20,000 nt of DNA from an uncultured virus (IMG/VR IMGVR_UViG_3300031240_000004) (lineage: Duplodnaviria > Heunggongvirae > Uroviricota > Caudoviricetes): the IMG/VR virus record IMGVR_UViG_3300031240_000004, one strand, 5' to 3'. The stretch's first letter is position 1, and the number at the start of each line of letters is the position of its first letter. The notes under the pieces were generated by a model. The model had not been told where the DNA came from, made no database searches, and worked only from the letters and a program-made list of their open reading frames with translations. Position numbers and translations under genes: made by a program. This document shows, in pieces, positions 1 to 7,760 of this stretch.

Positions 1-63
1 CTCCAGCGCACTCCACGGGTCATCGGACGCGAGCGAGCGACCGAATTCATCAAGTAGGCTCAT
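1..63 (-). CDS. Hypothetical protein, 5' part only (MSLLDEFGRSLASDDPWSALE...), runs off the left edge
   Basis: Minus strand GAGGAGG-cacg-ATG (ATG at 63-61), open to position 1; lies just after the stop of the 83..502 ORF. Confidence 0.7.
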   Translation of the reverse strand, partial: MSLLDEFGRSLASDDPWSALE

Positions 64-82
64 CGTGCCTCCTCAATCGTCG

Positions 83-502
83 TCACGTCGCAGAACTCGC
101 ACTTCCCGCCGATGAGCCGGCCGCCGAACGAGCGCGTTCTTCGCAGCGACGGTGCCATGTAGGAAAGATAACATCGTGCTCCGCTCTCCAGCGAGGCACG
201 CCCGCGGCTACCGCCTGATCGATCTCGTGCTTGCTAGCAGCAAGCGTCGCGATTCTCCATTCATGGTCTTCGATCGCATGCCGCAAGTCCGCGATGAACG
301 CGTCGCCGTCCGCCGTCTCGTCGTCGCTTCGCCACGTTAGCGATTCGGTCTCGGCCATCACGTACCATCCCCGCTTTGCGTACTGGATATCGGCGTATCT
401 GGGAAGCAAGGATCGTAGCTCATCAAGACGCTCGGACGGCAGACGGACGAAGGCGATGCAGTGAGACGAGTACTCCTGGCCGTTATCCAGGATGACGATC
501 AC
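83..502 (-). CDS. Hypothetical protein
   Basis: 139-aa ORF; GTG start overlaps the TGA of the upstream RHH gene (GTGA coupling). Confidence 0.7.
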   Translation of the reverse strand: MIVILDNGQEYSSHCIAFVRLPSERLDELRSLLPRYADIQYAKRGWYVMAETESLTWRSDDETADGDAFIADLRHAIEDHEWRIATLAASKHEIDQAVAAGVPRWRAEHDVIFPTWHRRCEERARSAAGSSAGSASSAT

Positions 503-747
503 CGCCGACCGCCCTTCTTCTCGACCCGCCGATTCTCGGCCGCGTCGACCGGGCGGCCCATGTGAAAGGCGGGCACGGGGCGCGACGGCGCTCCTCTGGC
601 GGCCCTGAGCGCGATCTTACGAATCCACGTGCTGGTCTTCCTCTCGTCGTCGGCATCGCGAGCCGCCTCGACAACAGCGAATTCCGACGGTGTGAAGCTG
701 ATCTTAACGTGAACGGTAGCAAGTTCGGTTTCGGTCGCCTTGGACAT
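499..747 (-). CDS. Ribbon-helix-helix DNA-binding protein (MobC/DUF1778-like), candidate repressor
   Basis: Alternating beta strand VHVKISF, helix PSEFAVVEAARDA, second helix TSTWIRKIALRAA; first gene of the leftward unit. Confidence 0.65.
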   Translation of the reverse strand: MSKATETELATVHVKISFTPSEFAVVEAARDADDERKTSTWIRKIALRAARGAPSRPVPAFHMGRPVDAAENRRVEKKGGRR

Positions 748-755
748 AACATTAA

Positions 756-784
756 GGGTTACAGGGTTCCTGCAGGTTCGTCAA
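756..784 (-). promoter_or_regulatory. Putative leftward sigma70-type promoter
   Basis: Minus strand TTGACG (784-779), 17 nt, TAACCC (761-756; weak -10), 8 nt, ATG at 747; no Shine-Dalgarno. Confidence 0.45.
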
Positions 785-844
785 GGTGACGAATCGGGCC
801 ATCGCAAGAAAGTTCGTGAAAGTGAAAAATAGTTCTTGAAAGTG
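775..844. promoter_or_regulatory. Three related operator-like boxes
   Basis: GGTTCGTCAAGGTG (775-788), AGTTCGTGAAAGTG (811-824), AGTTCTTGAAAGTG (831-844); the first is part of the palindrome TTCGTCA-agg-TGACGAA (777-793). Confidence 0.6.
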
Positions 845-864
845 CAGAGCCGGGAGCGTAGTCT
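836..864 (+). promoter_or_regulatory. Putative rightward sigma70-type promoter (leaderless)
   Basis: TTGAAA (836-841), 17 nt, TAGTCT (859-864), 7 nt, ATG at 872. Confidence 0.65.
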
Positions 865-871
865 AATTTTC

Positions 872-1147
872 ATGCCCAACGACATCGCCTCTCCCGACTG
901 CGACCACGCTGGCTACACCGGCTGCACCTCGTGCGGCTGCTCCGAGTGCGGCGCGCTGAATACCGGCACCCTCGGCCCCCTGACGCTCCCCTCGGGCAAG
1001 ATCGTGCAGGCGTGCGCGGGGTGCCGGGGTGTGGTGGAGGCGGTGGACGAGGAGGTCACCGAGAAGACGGTGCGCGCTGCCTACGAGCCCATTGGGGCGG
1101 CGGGGCTCGGCGACGTGCGGGCTGAGCGTAAGGCGGCGTCGGCGTAA
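872..1147 (+). CDS. Small Cys-rich (zinc-binding) hypothetical protein
   Basis: ATG 872 placed at predicted +1; CDH...CTSCGCSECG...CAGC motifs; GC-rich third positions. Confidence 0.7.
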   Translation: MPNDIASPDCDHAGYTGCTSCGCSECGALNTGTLGPLTLPSGKIVQACAGCRGVVEAVDEEVTEKTVRAAYEPIGAAGLGDVRAERKAASA

Positions 1148-1148
1148 C

Positions 1149-1649
1149 ATGGCGCCCATGGCGACATCCAAGACGGGCCTTCCGCTCTGCCCGACGTGCG
1201 ACCGGCTTGAGTCGCAACACACCAATCCGCTCGCCCACAGGTTCGGCGAGCCGTGGCGACACCCTCAGTGCTCGGCGTGCGGCAACCGAAACGACACGAG
1301 AGGAGACGCGATGGCGACTGACGACGAAGACCGCATCCCCGGCGATTCACCCCGCGCGCGGTACCGACGCGACTCGATGTTTCATGCGCTCGTTGACCAG
1401 CTGCGCACGTACATCGCCCGGGCCATGTACACGCCCTCGGAACTGCGCGAGGCGGTCATCTTGGCCGCGATCTTGGAAGAAGAGCGCCGGTCACCGGCTG
1501 ACTTCGTGCCGACCACTTGCCAGCGCTGCGGAAAGATCGGCGGTCGGGTCGTTTCGTACCGGCTTCGCGGCCTTCGATTCGCGCAGTGGGAATGCCCTCA
1601 CTGCCCGATCGGTCCGATGCCCGAAGGAGCGACGCCGGAGAACGAGTAG
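1149..1649 (+). CDS. Zinc-finger hypothetical protein (alternative start at 1311)
   Basis: ATG 1 nt after previous stop; CPTC, CSAC, CQRC, CPHC; a strong RBS GAGAGGAG precedes an in-frame ATG at 1311, so the start is uncertain. Confidence 0.65.
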   Translation: MAPMATSKTGLPLCPTCDRLESQHTNPLAHRFGEPWRHPQCSACGNRNDTRGDAMATDDEDRIPGDSPRARYRRDSMFHALVDQLRTYIARAMYTPSELREAVILAAILEEERRSPADFVPTTCQRCGKIGGRVVSYRLRGLRFAQWECPHCPIGPMPEGATPENE

Positions 1650-1775
1650 ATAGCGGCCCCCGCCGACGTTGGAGCGTCGACGGGAGCCAGGAACCGCGAG
1701 CAGCTCGCGCCGCCCCGACCCCCAACACGTCGGACGTTGGCGCAGCTGCTCCTCGAAAACAAGAGGAGATCCGCC

Positions 1776-2477
1776 ATGCCCGACATTGAGCACGCTGCCC
1801 GTCCGCCTGTCATTCCGCCCACCGGGGCCGCCCGCATCCTCACCGACGCGGTCAACGCCGCCCACGCCCGCGGCCTGACCGTCACGACCGCCCGCGACCT
1901 GGGCGTCGTCTGCCCGTCCATCGTGGACCCGTCTTGGGAGATAGACCCGCGCGCATCCGCGGTGTCTGTGCTCGGCGCGGTCCTACTCGACCGACAACCG
2001 CCGATCGTCGACATCGACCACGCCCTGGCCTACGTGTTCGGCACCCGCCCCGAGTTCCACGAGGGCATCGAGTGGGGCGCGGCGGGCAAGCCGGCGCCCG
2101 AGACAGCGGACCGGCTTTTTGCCGACGGGTATTTTCTCGGCGTCCAGATGCGGACGCTGGTCGCGACGGTCCCCTGCGGCGTCCACCTCACGCGCTATCT
2201 CCGCGGCGAGCGGTGCCCGCGGTGCGTCGGCGCCCCGGTCGAGAGCTCGCCCACCGAGACGACGCGCCCCCTGGACCTCGAGACGCCACGGTCTCTCATC
2301 GCGGGACTGCTGGCCAGCCTGACCCCGGCGCAGGTGCTCGAGGCAGTGGCCGACGACTTCCGCGTGCGCCGCGCCGGCCCGGTGACGTCACGGGAGGCCA
2401 TCGACCTCGACCAGGCCGAGGCGCTGCTGCGCGAGCTGGCGGTCGACTTCGAGCTGCCCGACGGCGAGGAGGGCTGA
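1776..2477 (+). CDS. Hypothetical protein with central C-x2-H...CPRC zinc-binding motif
   Basis: RBS AAGAGGAG upstream of ATG 1776; strong GC3 bias. Confidence 0.8.
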   Translation: MPDIEHAARPPVIPPTGAARILTDAVNAAHARGLTVTTARDLGVVCPSIVDPSWEIDPRASAVSVLGAVLLDRQPPIVDIDHALAYVFGTRPEFHEGIEWGAAGKPAPETADRLFADGYFLGVQMRTLVATVPCGVHLTRYLRGERCPRCVGAPVESSPTETTRPLDLETPRSLIAGLLASLTPAQVLEAVADDFRVRRAGPVTSREAIDLDQAEALLRELAVDFELPDGEEG

Positions 2478-2478
2478 G

Positions 2479-2604
2479 GTGACGCGCGCTGGGCGGGTGG
2501 CCGAGGTGGTCTTCTGGTGGGCATGCGCGACCGCCCTGGTGGTCCTGGCGCTCACCTCGGACACGCTGGCGCAGCTGGTCACGGCGTCGGGGGTATGCCG
2601 GTGA
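2479..2604 (+). CDS. Small membrane protein, 41 aa (MTRAGRVAEVVFWWACATALVVLALTSDTLAQLVTASGVCR)
   Basis: Not in ORF track; GTG 1 nt after previous TGA with GGAGGG upstream; TGATG overlap with next gene; one hydrophobic segment. Confidence 0.6.
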   Translation: MTRAGRVAEVVFWWACATALVVLALTSDTLAQLVTASGVCR

Positions 2605-2912
2605 TGGCCGCGCGGTCGCCAGAGGAGCGGATGGGGGCGTTTGCGGCGGCGCTCGACGAGCCGGACATCCTCATCACCGAGGACGTCGAGGAGACGACCG
2701 CCCTCACGCCGCCCGCGCAGCTCCTCGAGCTGGCGGCCGTCACGCGCACAGGCGTCACGCCGCCGCCGGCCCCGCTTCCGCTGGGGGCGGAGGCACGCGA
2801 CCACGCGGACCGGGTGAGGTTCGTCCTGCTCTGGCACTCGGGGATGTCGCAGGACGCAGCCGACGACGTTCTCAAGCGCGCGCACGGGTTGATGCCGCGG
2901 GTGCGCAGGTGA
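2604..2912 (+). CDS. Hypothetical protein
   Basis: ATG 2604 in TGATG overlap; ends in GTGA overlap with next gene. Confidence 0.7.
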   Translation: MAARSPEERMGAFAAALDEPDILITEDVEETTALTPPAQLLELAAVTRTGVTPPPAPLPLGAEARDHADRVRFVLLWHSGMSQDAADDVLKRAHGLMPRVRR

Positions 2913-3322
2913 GTATCTTGCGTCCATTGTCGAGACGTTCGCGTCTCAAGCGCCAACCCGTCGTGCTGCCAGATGGCGAGGCTAGCGAAGTGACTCCGCT
3001 TCACCACGAGCACGCGGTGGTCGTCGCGCTTTCGAACGCATGGCACGAGCGCGACCCGCAGCTCTGGTACGTGGGATTGGAGCTCTCGAAGGCTCTCGAC
3101 CGGACGTTGTTGGCCTGCATCTACGCGCGCTTGAGGGAGGTCCGTGACGACGTAGCCAGGGAGGCATTCGCGCGCCGAGTTTCGATCGGCGAGGTCGCGC
3201 GCGAGCGGTTGGCCGCGGTGCGCGAAACGAAAGAGGTCGAACGCAACCCTTCGCAAGTGCCCGCGATTGTTGGGGAGAAAATGAGCCTCGGCGGCGCCGA
3301 CGGAATATCGGGGCCGTCATGA
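2909..3322 (+). CDS. Hypothetical protein
   Basis: GTGA and ATGA overlaps at both ends. Confidence 0.65.
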   Translation: MSILRPLSRRSRLKRQPVVLPDGEASEVTPLHHEHAVVVALSNAWHERDPQLWYVGLELSKALDRTLLACIYARLREVRDDVAREAFARRVSIGEVARERLAAVRETKEVERNPSQVPAIVGEKMSLGGADGISGPS

Positions 3323-3558
3323 GCCGCCAAACGATTCCGCCCGAGGCCCGCGAGCGCCTGGAGCGCGTCCTGAAGCAGCTCCGCGGCGCAAAGGGAATGG
3401 CCGAAGGGCTGACGGCCCAGGAGAAGGACAAGCGGGATCACTACCCGCTGCTGAGCGGCGTCTACGGAATGACGATCGAGCTTGCCGCGAACGACCTCGA
3501 GCAGGTGCTCGAAGGATACGCGCCGCGTCCCCGCGCGAAGAAGGGAGCGCGCACATGA
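3319..3558 (+). CDS. Hypothetical protein (helical)
   Basis: ATGA overlaps at both ends; GC3 bias. Confidence 0.75.
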   Translation: MSRQTIPPEARERLERVLKQLRGAKGMAEGLTAQEKDKRDHYPLLSGVYGMTIELAANDLEQVLEGYAPRPRAKKGART

Positions 3559-3776
3559 CCACCAAAGACACGGCCCTAGCCCTCCGCCTCATCGAGGGCG
3601 AGCTCGGCGATATCCCCGAGGCCGGGCGCGAGGCGGTCGCTGACCGCGTGCTCGGCGCTTTGTATGGCCGCTTCATGTTTTTGCCTCGGCCGACCGCGAC
3701 GGAAGACGCACAGGCGCGCGCCGAGCTGGCGGCGCTGGAGATACCGGGGCTGTTCTCGAAAGGAGCGGCGTCGTGA
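3555..3776 (+). CDS. Hypothetical protein
   Basis: RBS AAGGGAG; ATGA/GTGA overlaps. Confidence 0.75.
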   Translation: MTTKDTALALRLIEGELGDIPEAGREAVADRVLGALYGRFMFLPRPTATEDAQARAELAALEIPGLFSKGAAS

Positions 3777-4669
3777 GCGGTCTGATTCATACCGCCCCAA
3801 CGCCAGGTCTCCATCCGAACATCCCGCACGAGATCTATCACGCCGACCCGTGTCCGATGCCGTCGCTCTCGGCGTCGATCGCCAAGCGCTTGATCGCCGA
3901 TTCTCCTCTCCATGCCTGGAACGCTCACCCTCGACTCGGCAACGGCGAGCGCGAGGAGTCGACCACCGCGCAGGACAACGGAACGCTGATTGACCGCCTG
4001 ATCTTCGATTCGGGCCCCGCGATCGTCGAGGTCAACGCCGACAACTGGCGCACGAAGGCGGCGCAAGAACAGCGTGACGCCGCGCTGGAGGCCGGTCACA
4101 TCCCAGTCCTGACGCGCGTCCTTGCCGAGGCGCTGATCACCGCAACCAAGGTCGTCAACCGACTCGGCGAGCGCGGGATCAAGCTCAGCGGCCAAAGCCA
4201 GGTCACGGCGATCTGGCAGAAGAACGACATCTGGTGCCGCGGGCGCTTCGACCACTGGGTCGAGAAGACGGCGACGATCTATGACTTGAAGTGGGTCAAG
4301 TCGGCGCACCCCGACGACATCGCGAAGCACATGGTCACCTACGGCGTCGACATCCAGTCGGCCGCCTACGTCGAGGCCGTCGAGACGCTTCGCCCCGAGC
4401 TGGCCGGCCGCGTGAAGTTTCAGCCGCTCTTCATCGAGAACGGACCGGTGCTCGCGATGTGCATCCGCCCGATCGCCGGGACGATGCGCGAACTCGGTCA
4501 ACGCAAGTGGCACCGAGCCTGTGAGAAGTGGGCGCGCTGCCTCGCCACTAATGATTGGCCCGACTACGGCGACAACGGACAGATCGAGGCGCCCGAGTGG
4601 GCATTGACCGCCGACATGAATCAGCAACTCGCAGCCATGGAGAACAGCAATGCCACAGCCCCGTTCTGA
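3773..4669 (+). CDS. RecE/exonuclease VIII-like PD-(D/E)XK nuclease (DUF3799-like)
   Basis: YHAD..SLSAS..K.L...SP.H, GTLID, CRGRFD, YDLK, YGVDIQSAAY motifs typical of phage RecE C-terminal nuclease domains; RBS AAGGAG. Confidence 0.88.
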   Translation: MSGLIHTAPTPGLHPNIPHEIYHADPCPMPSLSASIAKRLIADSPLHAWNAHPRLGNGEREESTTAQDNGTLIDRLIFDSGPAIVEVNADNWRTKAAQEQRDAALEAGHIPVLTRVLAEALITATKVVNRLGERGIKLSGQSQVTAIWQKNDIWCRGRFDHWVEKTATIYDLKWVKSAHPDDIAKHMVTYGVDIQSAAYVEAVETLRPELAGRVKFQPLFIENGPVLAMCIRPIAGTMRELGQRKWHRACEKWARCLATNDWPDYGDNGQIEAPEWALTADMNQQLAAMENSNATAPF

Positions 4670-5723
4670 GAAACGAACCTTCGAGGACGCGCCGGCAGTC
4701 CGCAAGAGCGTACCGCTCCTGATCGGCTTGAACGGCCCGTCGAGCAGCGGCAAGACCTATTCGGCGCTGCGGCTGGCGACCGGAATTCAACGCGCTGCCG
4801 GCGGCGAGATCTGGTTCATCGACACCGAGGCGTCCAGATCGCTGCACTACGCGGACAAGTTCAAGTTCCGTCATGTGCCGTTCGGCGCCCCGTTCGGACC
4901 GAGCGACTACCTCGCGGCGATCGAACACTGCGTGACGAAGGGCGCGAAGACGATCGTCATCGACAGCGCGAGCCATCTGCACGAGGGACCCGGCGGCGTG
5001 CTCGAGATGCACGAAGCCGAGTTGCAACGGCTCGGCGGCGGGCAAGCCGTGAACTTCCTGGCGTGGGCGAAGCCGAAAGCCGAGTTGCGCCGATTCATCA
5101 ACTCGGTGTTGCAGATGCACGTCAACCTGATCTTCTGCTTCCGAGCCAAGGAGAAGATCAAGATCGAGAAGGGCAAGGACCCGAAGGCGATGGGCTTCAT
5201 GCCGATCGCGTCGGAAGAGTTCATGTATGAGATGACGCTCAACGTCCTGCTCTACCCGTCGTCGGGCGGGGTACCGACCTGGAAGTCTGGCGAACTGGGC
5301 GAACGAGCGGTCATCAAGCTGCCCGAACAGTTCCGCAAGATCTTCAGCGCCGAGTCTCCTCTAGACGAGGAGACCGGCGAGAAGCTCGCGCAATGGGCCG
5401 CCGGCGGGGCGGCGCCGAAAGCGGCGGTCGATCCGCGGCTCGCGAAGGACCGTGGGGCTTGGTTGACCGCCTTGCTCAAGAAGGGGATCAGCGAGGACCG
5501 TGTGCTAGCGGCGCTCGGCCGCGCCACCGTCGACGACATCGACGCGCGCGACCTGAAGACGCTGCACGAGCACATCGCAGCCCTGAAGGCGAAGACCGCC
5601 GCCGTGGAATCCCTGTTCCCAGAGGTGTCGACGGCGCCGCCCGACGACGATGACGACGAAACACCGCAACCTAACGGACAAGATCGCGGTGATGAGCCGA
5701 GCGCGGAGGAGATGGGCGCGTGA
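4650..5723 (+). CDS. AAA_24/Sak4-like P-loop ATPase (phage recombination)
   Basis: Walker A GPSSSGKT, IDTE, Walker B VIDSASH; follows the RecE-like gene with a 20-nt overlap; acidic C-terminal tail. Confidence 0.85.
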   Translation: MPQPRSEKRTFEDAPAVRKSVPLLIGLNGPSSSGKTYSALRLATGIQRAAGGEIWFIDTEASRSLHYADKFKFRHVPFGAPFGPSDYLAAIEHCVTKGAKTIVIDSASHLHEGPGGVLEMHEAELQRLGGGQAVNFLAWAKPKAELRRFINSVLQMHVNLIFCFRAKEKIKIEKGKDPKAMGFMPIASEEFMYEMTLNVLLYPSSGGVPTWKSGELGERAVIKLPEQFRKIFSAESPLDEETGEKLAQWAAGGAAPKAAVDPRLAKDRGAWLTALLKKGISEDRVLAALGRATVDDIDARDLKTLHEHIAALKAKTAAVESLFPEVSTAPPDDDDDETPQPNGQDRGDEPSAEEMGA

Positions 5724-5974
5724 CCACCGTCGAGCCAGTTTACGCCCGCATCGGTGAGCGAATCCGTGTTCTCCGGGAGATGCGCGGCGAGACACAGGAA
5801 CAACTCGGAGCACTCCTCGACGTCACGAGGGCGTGTGTCTCGAACATCGAGAAGGGGCGCCAACGCATTTACGTTCACCAGCTCACGATGTTAGCCGAGC
5901 ACTTCCACGTGCAACTTCGAATGCTCGCATGCTTCGATTACGACGGGCGCGGAAAGTCGCGGAGGTCGAACTAA
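5720..5974 (+). CDS. XRE-family helix-turn-helix regulator
   Basis: IGERIRVLREMRGETQEQLGALLDVTRACVSNIEKG, canonical HTH_3 pattern; RBS GGAG. Confidence 0.92.
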   Translation: MTTVEPVYARIGERIRVLREMRGETQEQLGALLDVTRACVSNIEKGRQRIYVHQLTMLAEHFHVQLRMLACFDYDGRGKSRRSN

Positions 5975-6222
5975 TGGCGCTTTCCCGTCACGCCAGCTGG
6001 TCCCGCGTCCGCCAGCGCGATCACGAGGGCCTTACTCCGATGGAGCGCAAGGTCGTCGACTACGAGCGGTCGGGCATGTCGCGGCCAGTGATTGCGGCCG
6101 TCACCGGGTTGGCCTCGAGCACGGTCGCTTATCACATCTGGATGGCCCACCAGCGTGGTGCTCGGCTGCGCAATCCGATTCGGGAGCAGCCGCGCACGGC
6201 GCGAGCGAGCTTCGACAGGTGA
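5974..6222 (+). CDS. LuxR/sigma-region-4-like HTH protein
   Basis: TAATG coupling, RBS GGAGG; LTPMERKVV...GMSRPVIAAVTGLASSTVAYHI. Confidence 0.75.
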   Translation: MALSRHASWSRVRQRDHEGLTPMERKVVDYERSGMSRPVIAAVTGLASSTVAYHIWMAHQRGARLRNPIREQPRTARASFDR

Positions 6223-6304
6223 TGAGACCGCCCTCGGTCGCCGTCGAGAGAATGGTCTCTCGGCGCCGGCCGGGGGGCGACGAGGACTCGAGGAGGTACC
6301 TACC

Positions 6305-7060
6305 ATGGCTTTCAAGACGTATTGGGATTTAAGCGAGAAGGAGCGCGCCGCGCTGTCAGGCGAGGACGTCGATCGATTTGTCGCCGCCGAACTGATGCGA
6401 CTCGGCGTATTGCAGGTCGCGCCGCTTGTGCTCGACCCCGAACCGAACGTCGTCGAGCCGGCCAAGAGGCTCTACTTTCAGGTCCAACACGGTCCCGAAT
6501 ATCCGCGCACCACGCTCGATCTTCTTTTCGACGACGAGATCGATGCGCGCGAGTTCATCGAGAACGGCAACTTCCGCATCGTCAAGACCGAACGTCTCAA
6601 CGATGACTGGTCGCAGAGGATCGAGGTTACCGAGACGCTCATGTTGCCGCGGCTGACCACGACCGAGGCGATTTCGGCTGACGACTTCCGAGAGGCGCGG
6701 ACCGCACTCGAAAAGCGCTCAGCCATCCGCGCAGCCAACGACGAGCGCGAGGAGGAGTGGGTCAAAGAGAAGTCCAAGGAGGACGACGCCCTCAAGGGCA
6801 TGTGGGCCGACTGGCAGCGGTGCCGCGGCCTCGACGCAGCCCACCGACGGGTGTCGACCACGCTCGACGCCTATGTCGCGACGGCGGGCGGGGATCGGGA
6901 GGTGGCGTTCCGCTTCCTTCGGAAGGCGTTCACGGACCCGCAGATTGTCGCAGCGGCCGAGTGGTGCGGGTTCAAGGCGCCCGCTCCGTTCTACATGCGC
7001 GAAGACCGCATCGACGAGATTCACGCGGCGCAGCAGGCCGAGGATGCGAATGGCGGCTGA
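6305..7060 (+). CDS. Phage hypothetical protein
   Basis: RBS GAGGAGG then ATG 6305 (MAFKTYWDLSEKERAAL...); long coherent ORF. Confidence 0.85.
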   Translation: MAFKTYWDLSEKERAALSGEDVDRFVAAELMRLGVLQVAPLVLDPEPNVVEPAKRLYFQVQHGPEYPRTTLDLLFDDEIDAREFIENGNFRIVKTERLNDDWSQRIEVTETLMLPRLTTTEAISADDFREARTALEKRSAIRAANDEREEEWVKEKSKEDDALKGMWADWQRCRGLDAAHRRVSTTLDAYVATAGGDREVAFRFLRKAFTDPQIVAAAEWCGFKAPAPFYMREDRIDEIHAAQQAEDANGG

Positions 7061-7340
7061 CGAAGACCCCGTCCGAACGAGCTGCCCGACGCTGACTTGC
7101 GGCGTTCCGTTCTGGATACCTGGCCACATTTGGTCGCAGATCCGCTCGCGTGGCAAAGAGCGCGTCGTGTTCTGCCCGAATGGTCACGAGGTTGTTTGGT
7201 CGGAGACCAACGAAGACCGGCTTAAACGGCAGCTCGAGAGCGTGACCCGCGAGCGGGACGATGCCCGCGCAAGTTCGAACCGGTGGTACAGGACCGCGAT
7301 CTACTGGAAGGGTCGCGCGCATCGAAAGGCTGGCGCGTGA
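7050..7340 (+). CDS. Zinc-ribbon plus coiled-coil phage protein
   Basis: CPTLTCG...FCPNGH followed by heptad-like RLKRQLESVTRERDDAR. Confidence 0.75.
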   Translation: MAADEDPVRTSCPTLTCGVPFWIPGHIWSQIRSRGKERVVFCPNGHEVVWSETNEDRLKRQLESVTRERDDARASSNRWYRTAIYWKGRAHRKAGA

Positions 7341-7543
7341 CCACCCGCCCCGCCGCCCAGCACTCGCCGATGACGCACGCGATCCTCGTCGGTCAATTCA
7401 CGATCCGCCGGGTCGCGTCGGGCGCTCCGTGTCCCTGTGGCGGGGCGAAGGGCGAGCACGCGGAGCGGTGCCCGGTACTGGCAGCGTTCGCCGAAGATGA
7501 GTGGTCGCGGCGACAGGCGGACAAGGAGATCGATCATGGCTGA
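7337..7543 (+). CDS. Small hypothetical protein (CPC..H...C)
   Basis: GTGA coupling; overlaps the next start. Confidence 0.6.
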   Translation: MTTRPAAQHSPMTHAILVGQFTIRRVASGAPCPCGGAKGEHAERCPVLAAFAEDEWSRRQADKEIDHG

Positions 7544-7760
7544 GACACCAACGAAGATTCAACCGCCGACGCGCGATCCGTTGCCGGCTATTTACCCGCT
7601 GGGACTCATTGAGGCGGCGTGCCGGGCAATCGAAGCGCTCAGGGACTACGGGTCGATGACCACGGAGATCGTCGAGATCAGGCAGTGCGCCGCCCGCATC
7701 ATCCGTGACGGCCTGCGGTCGCACGAAGCTGCCGCGGCGGAGGGCCGGTCCCGTGGCTAG
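7536..7760 (+). CDS. Hypothetical protein
   Basis: RBS AAGGAG, ATG 7536. Confidence 0.7.
   Translation: MAETPTKIQPPTRDPLPAIYPLGLIEAACRAIEALRDYGSMTTEIVEIRQCAARIIRDGLRSHEAAAAEGRSRG

Noticed and set aside
1655..1688. Rho-independent terminator
   Set aside because: No U-tract follows the stem on either strand; kept only as a structured element
3317..4753. 478-aa minus-strand ORF
   Set aside because: Antisense shadow of the RecE-like gene and neighbours; typical of high-GC DNA, no motifs
6222..6332. 36-codon ORF starting at the TGATG overlap
   Set aside because: Runs through a strong hairpin and overlaps the well-supported 6305 gene out of frame; no coding features
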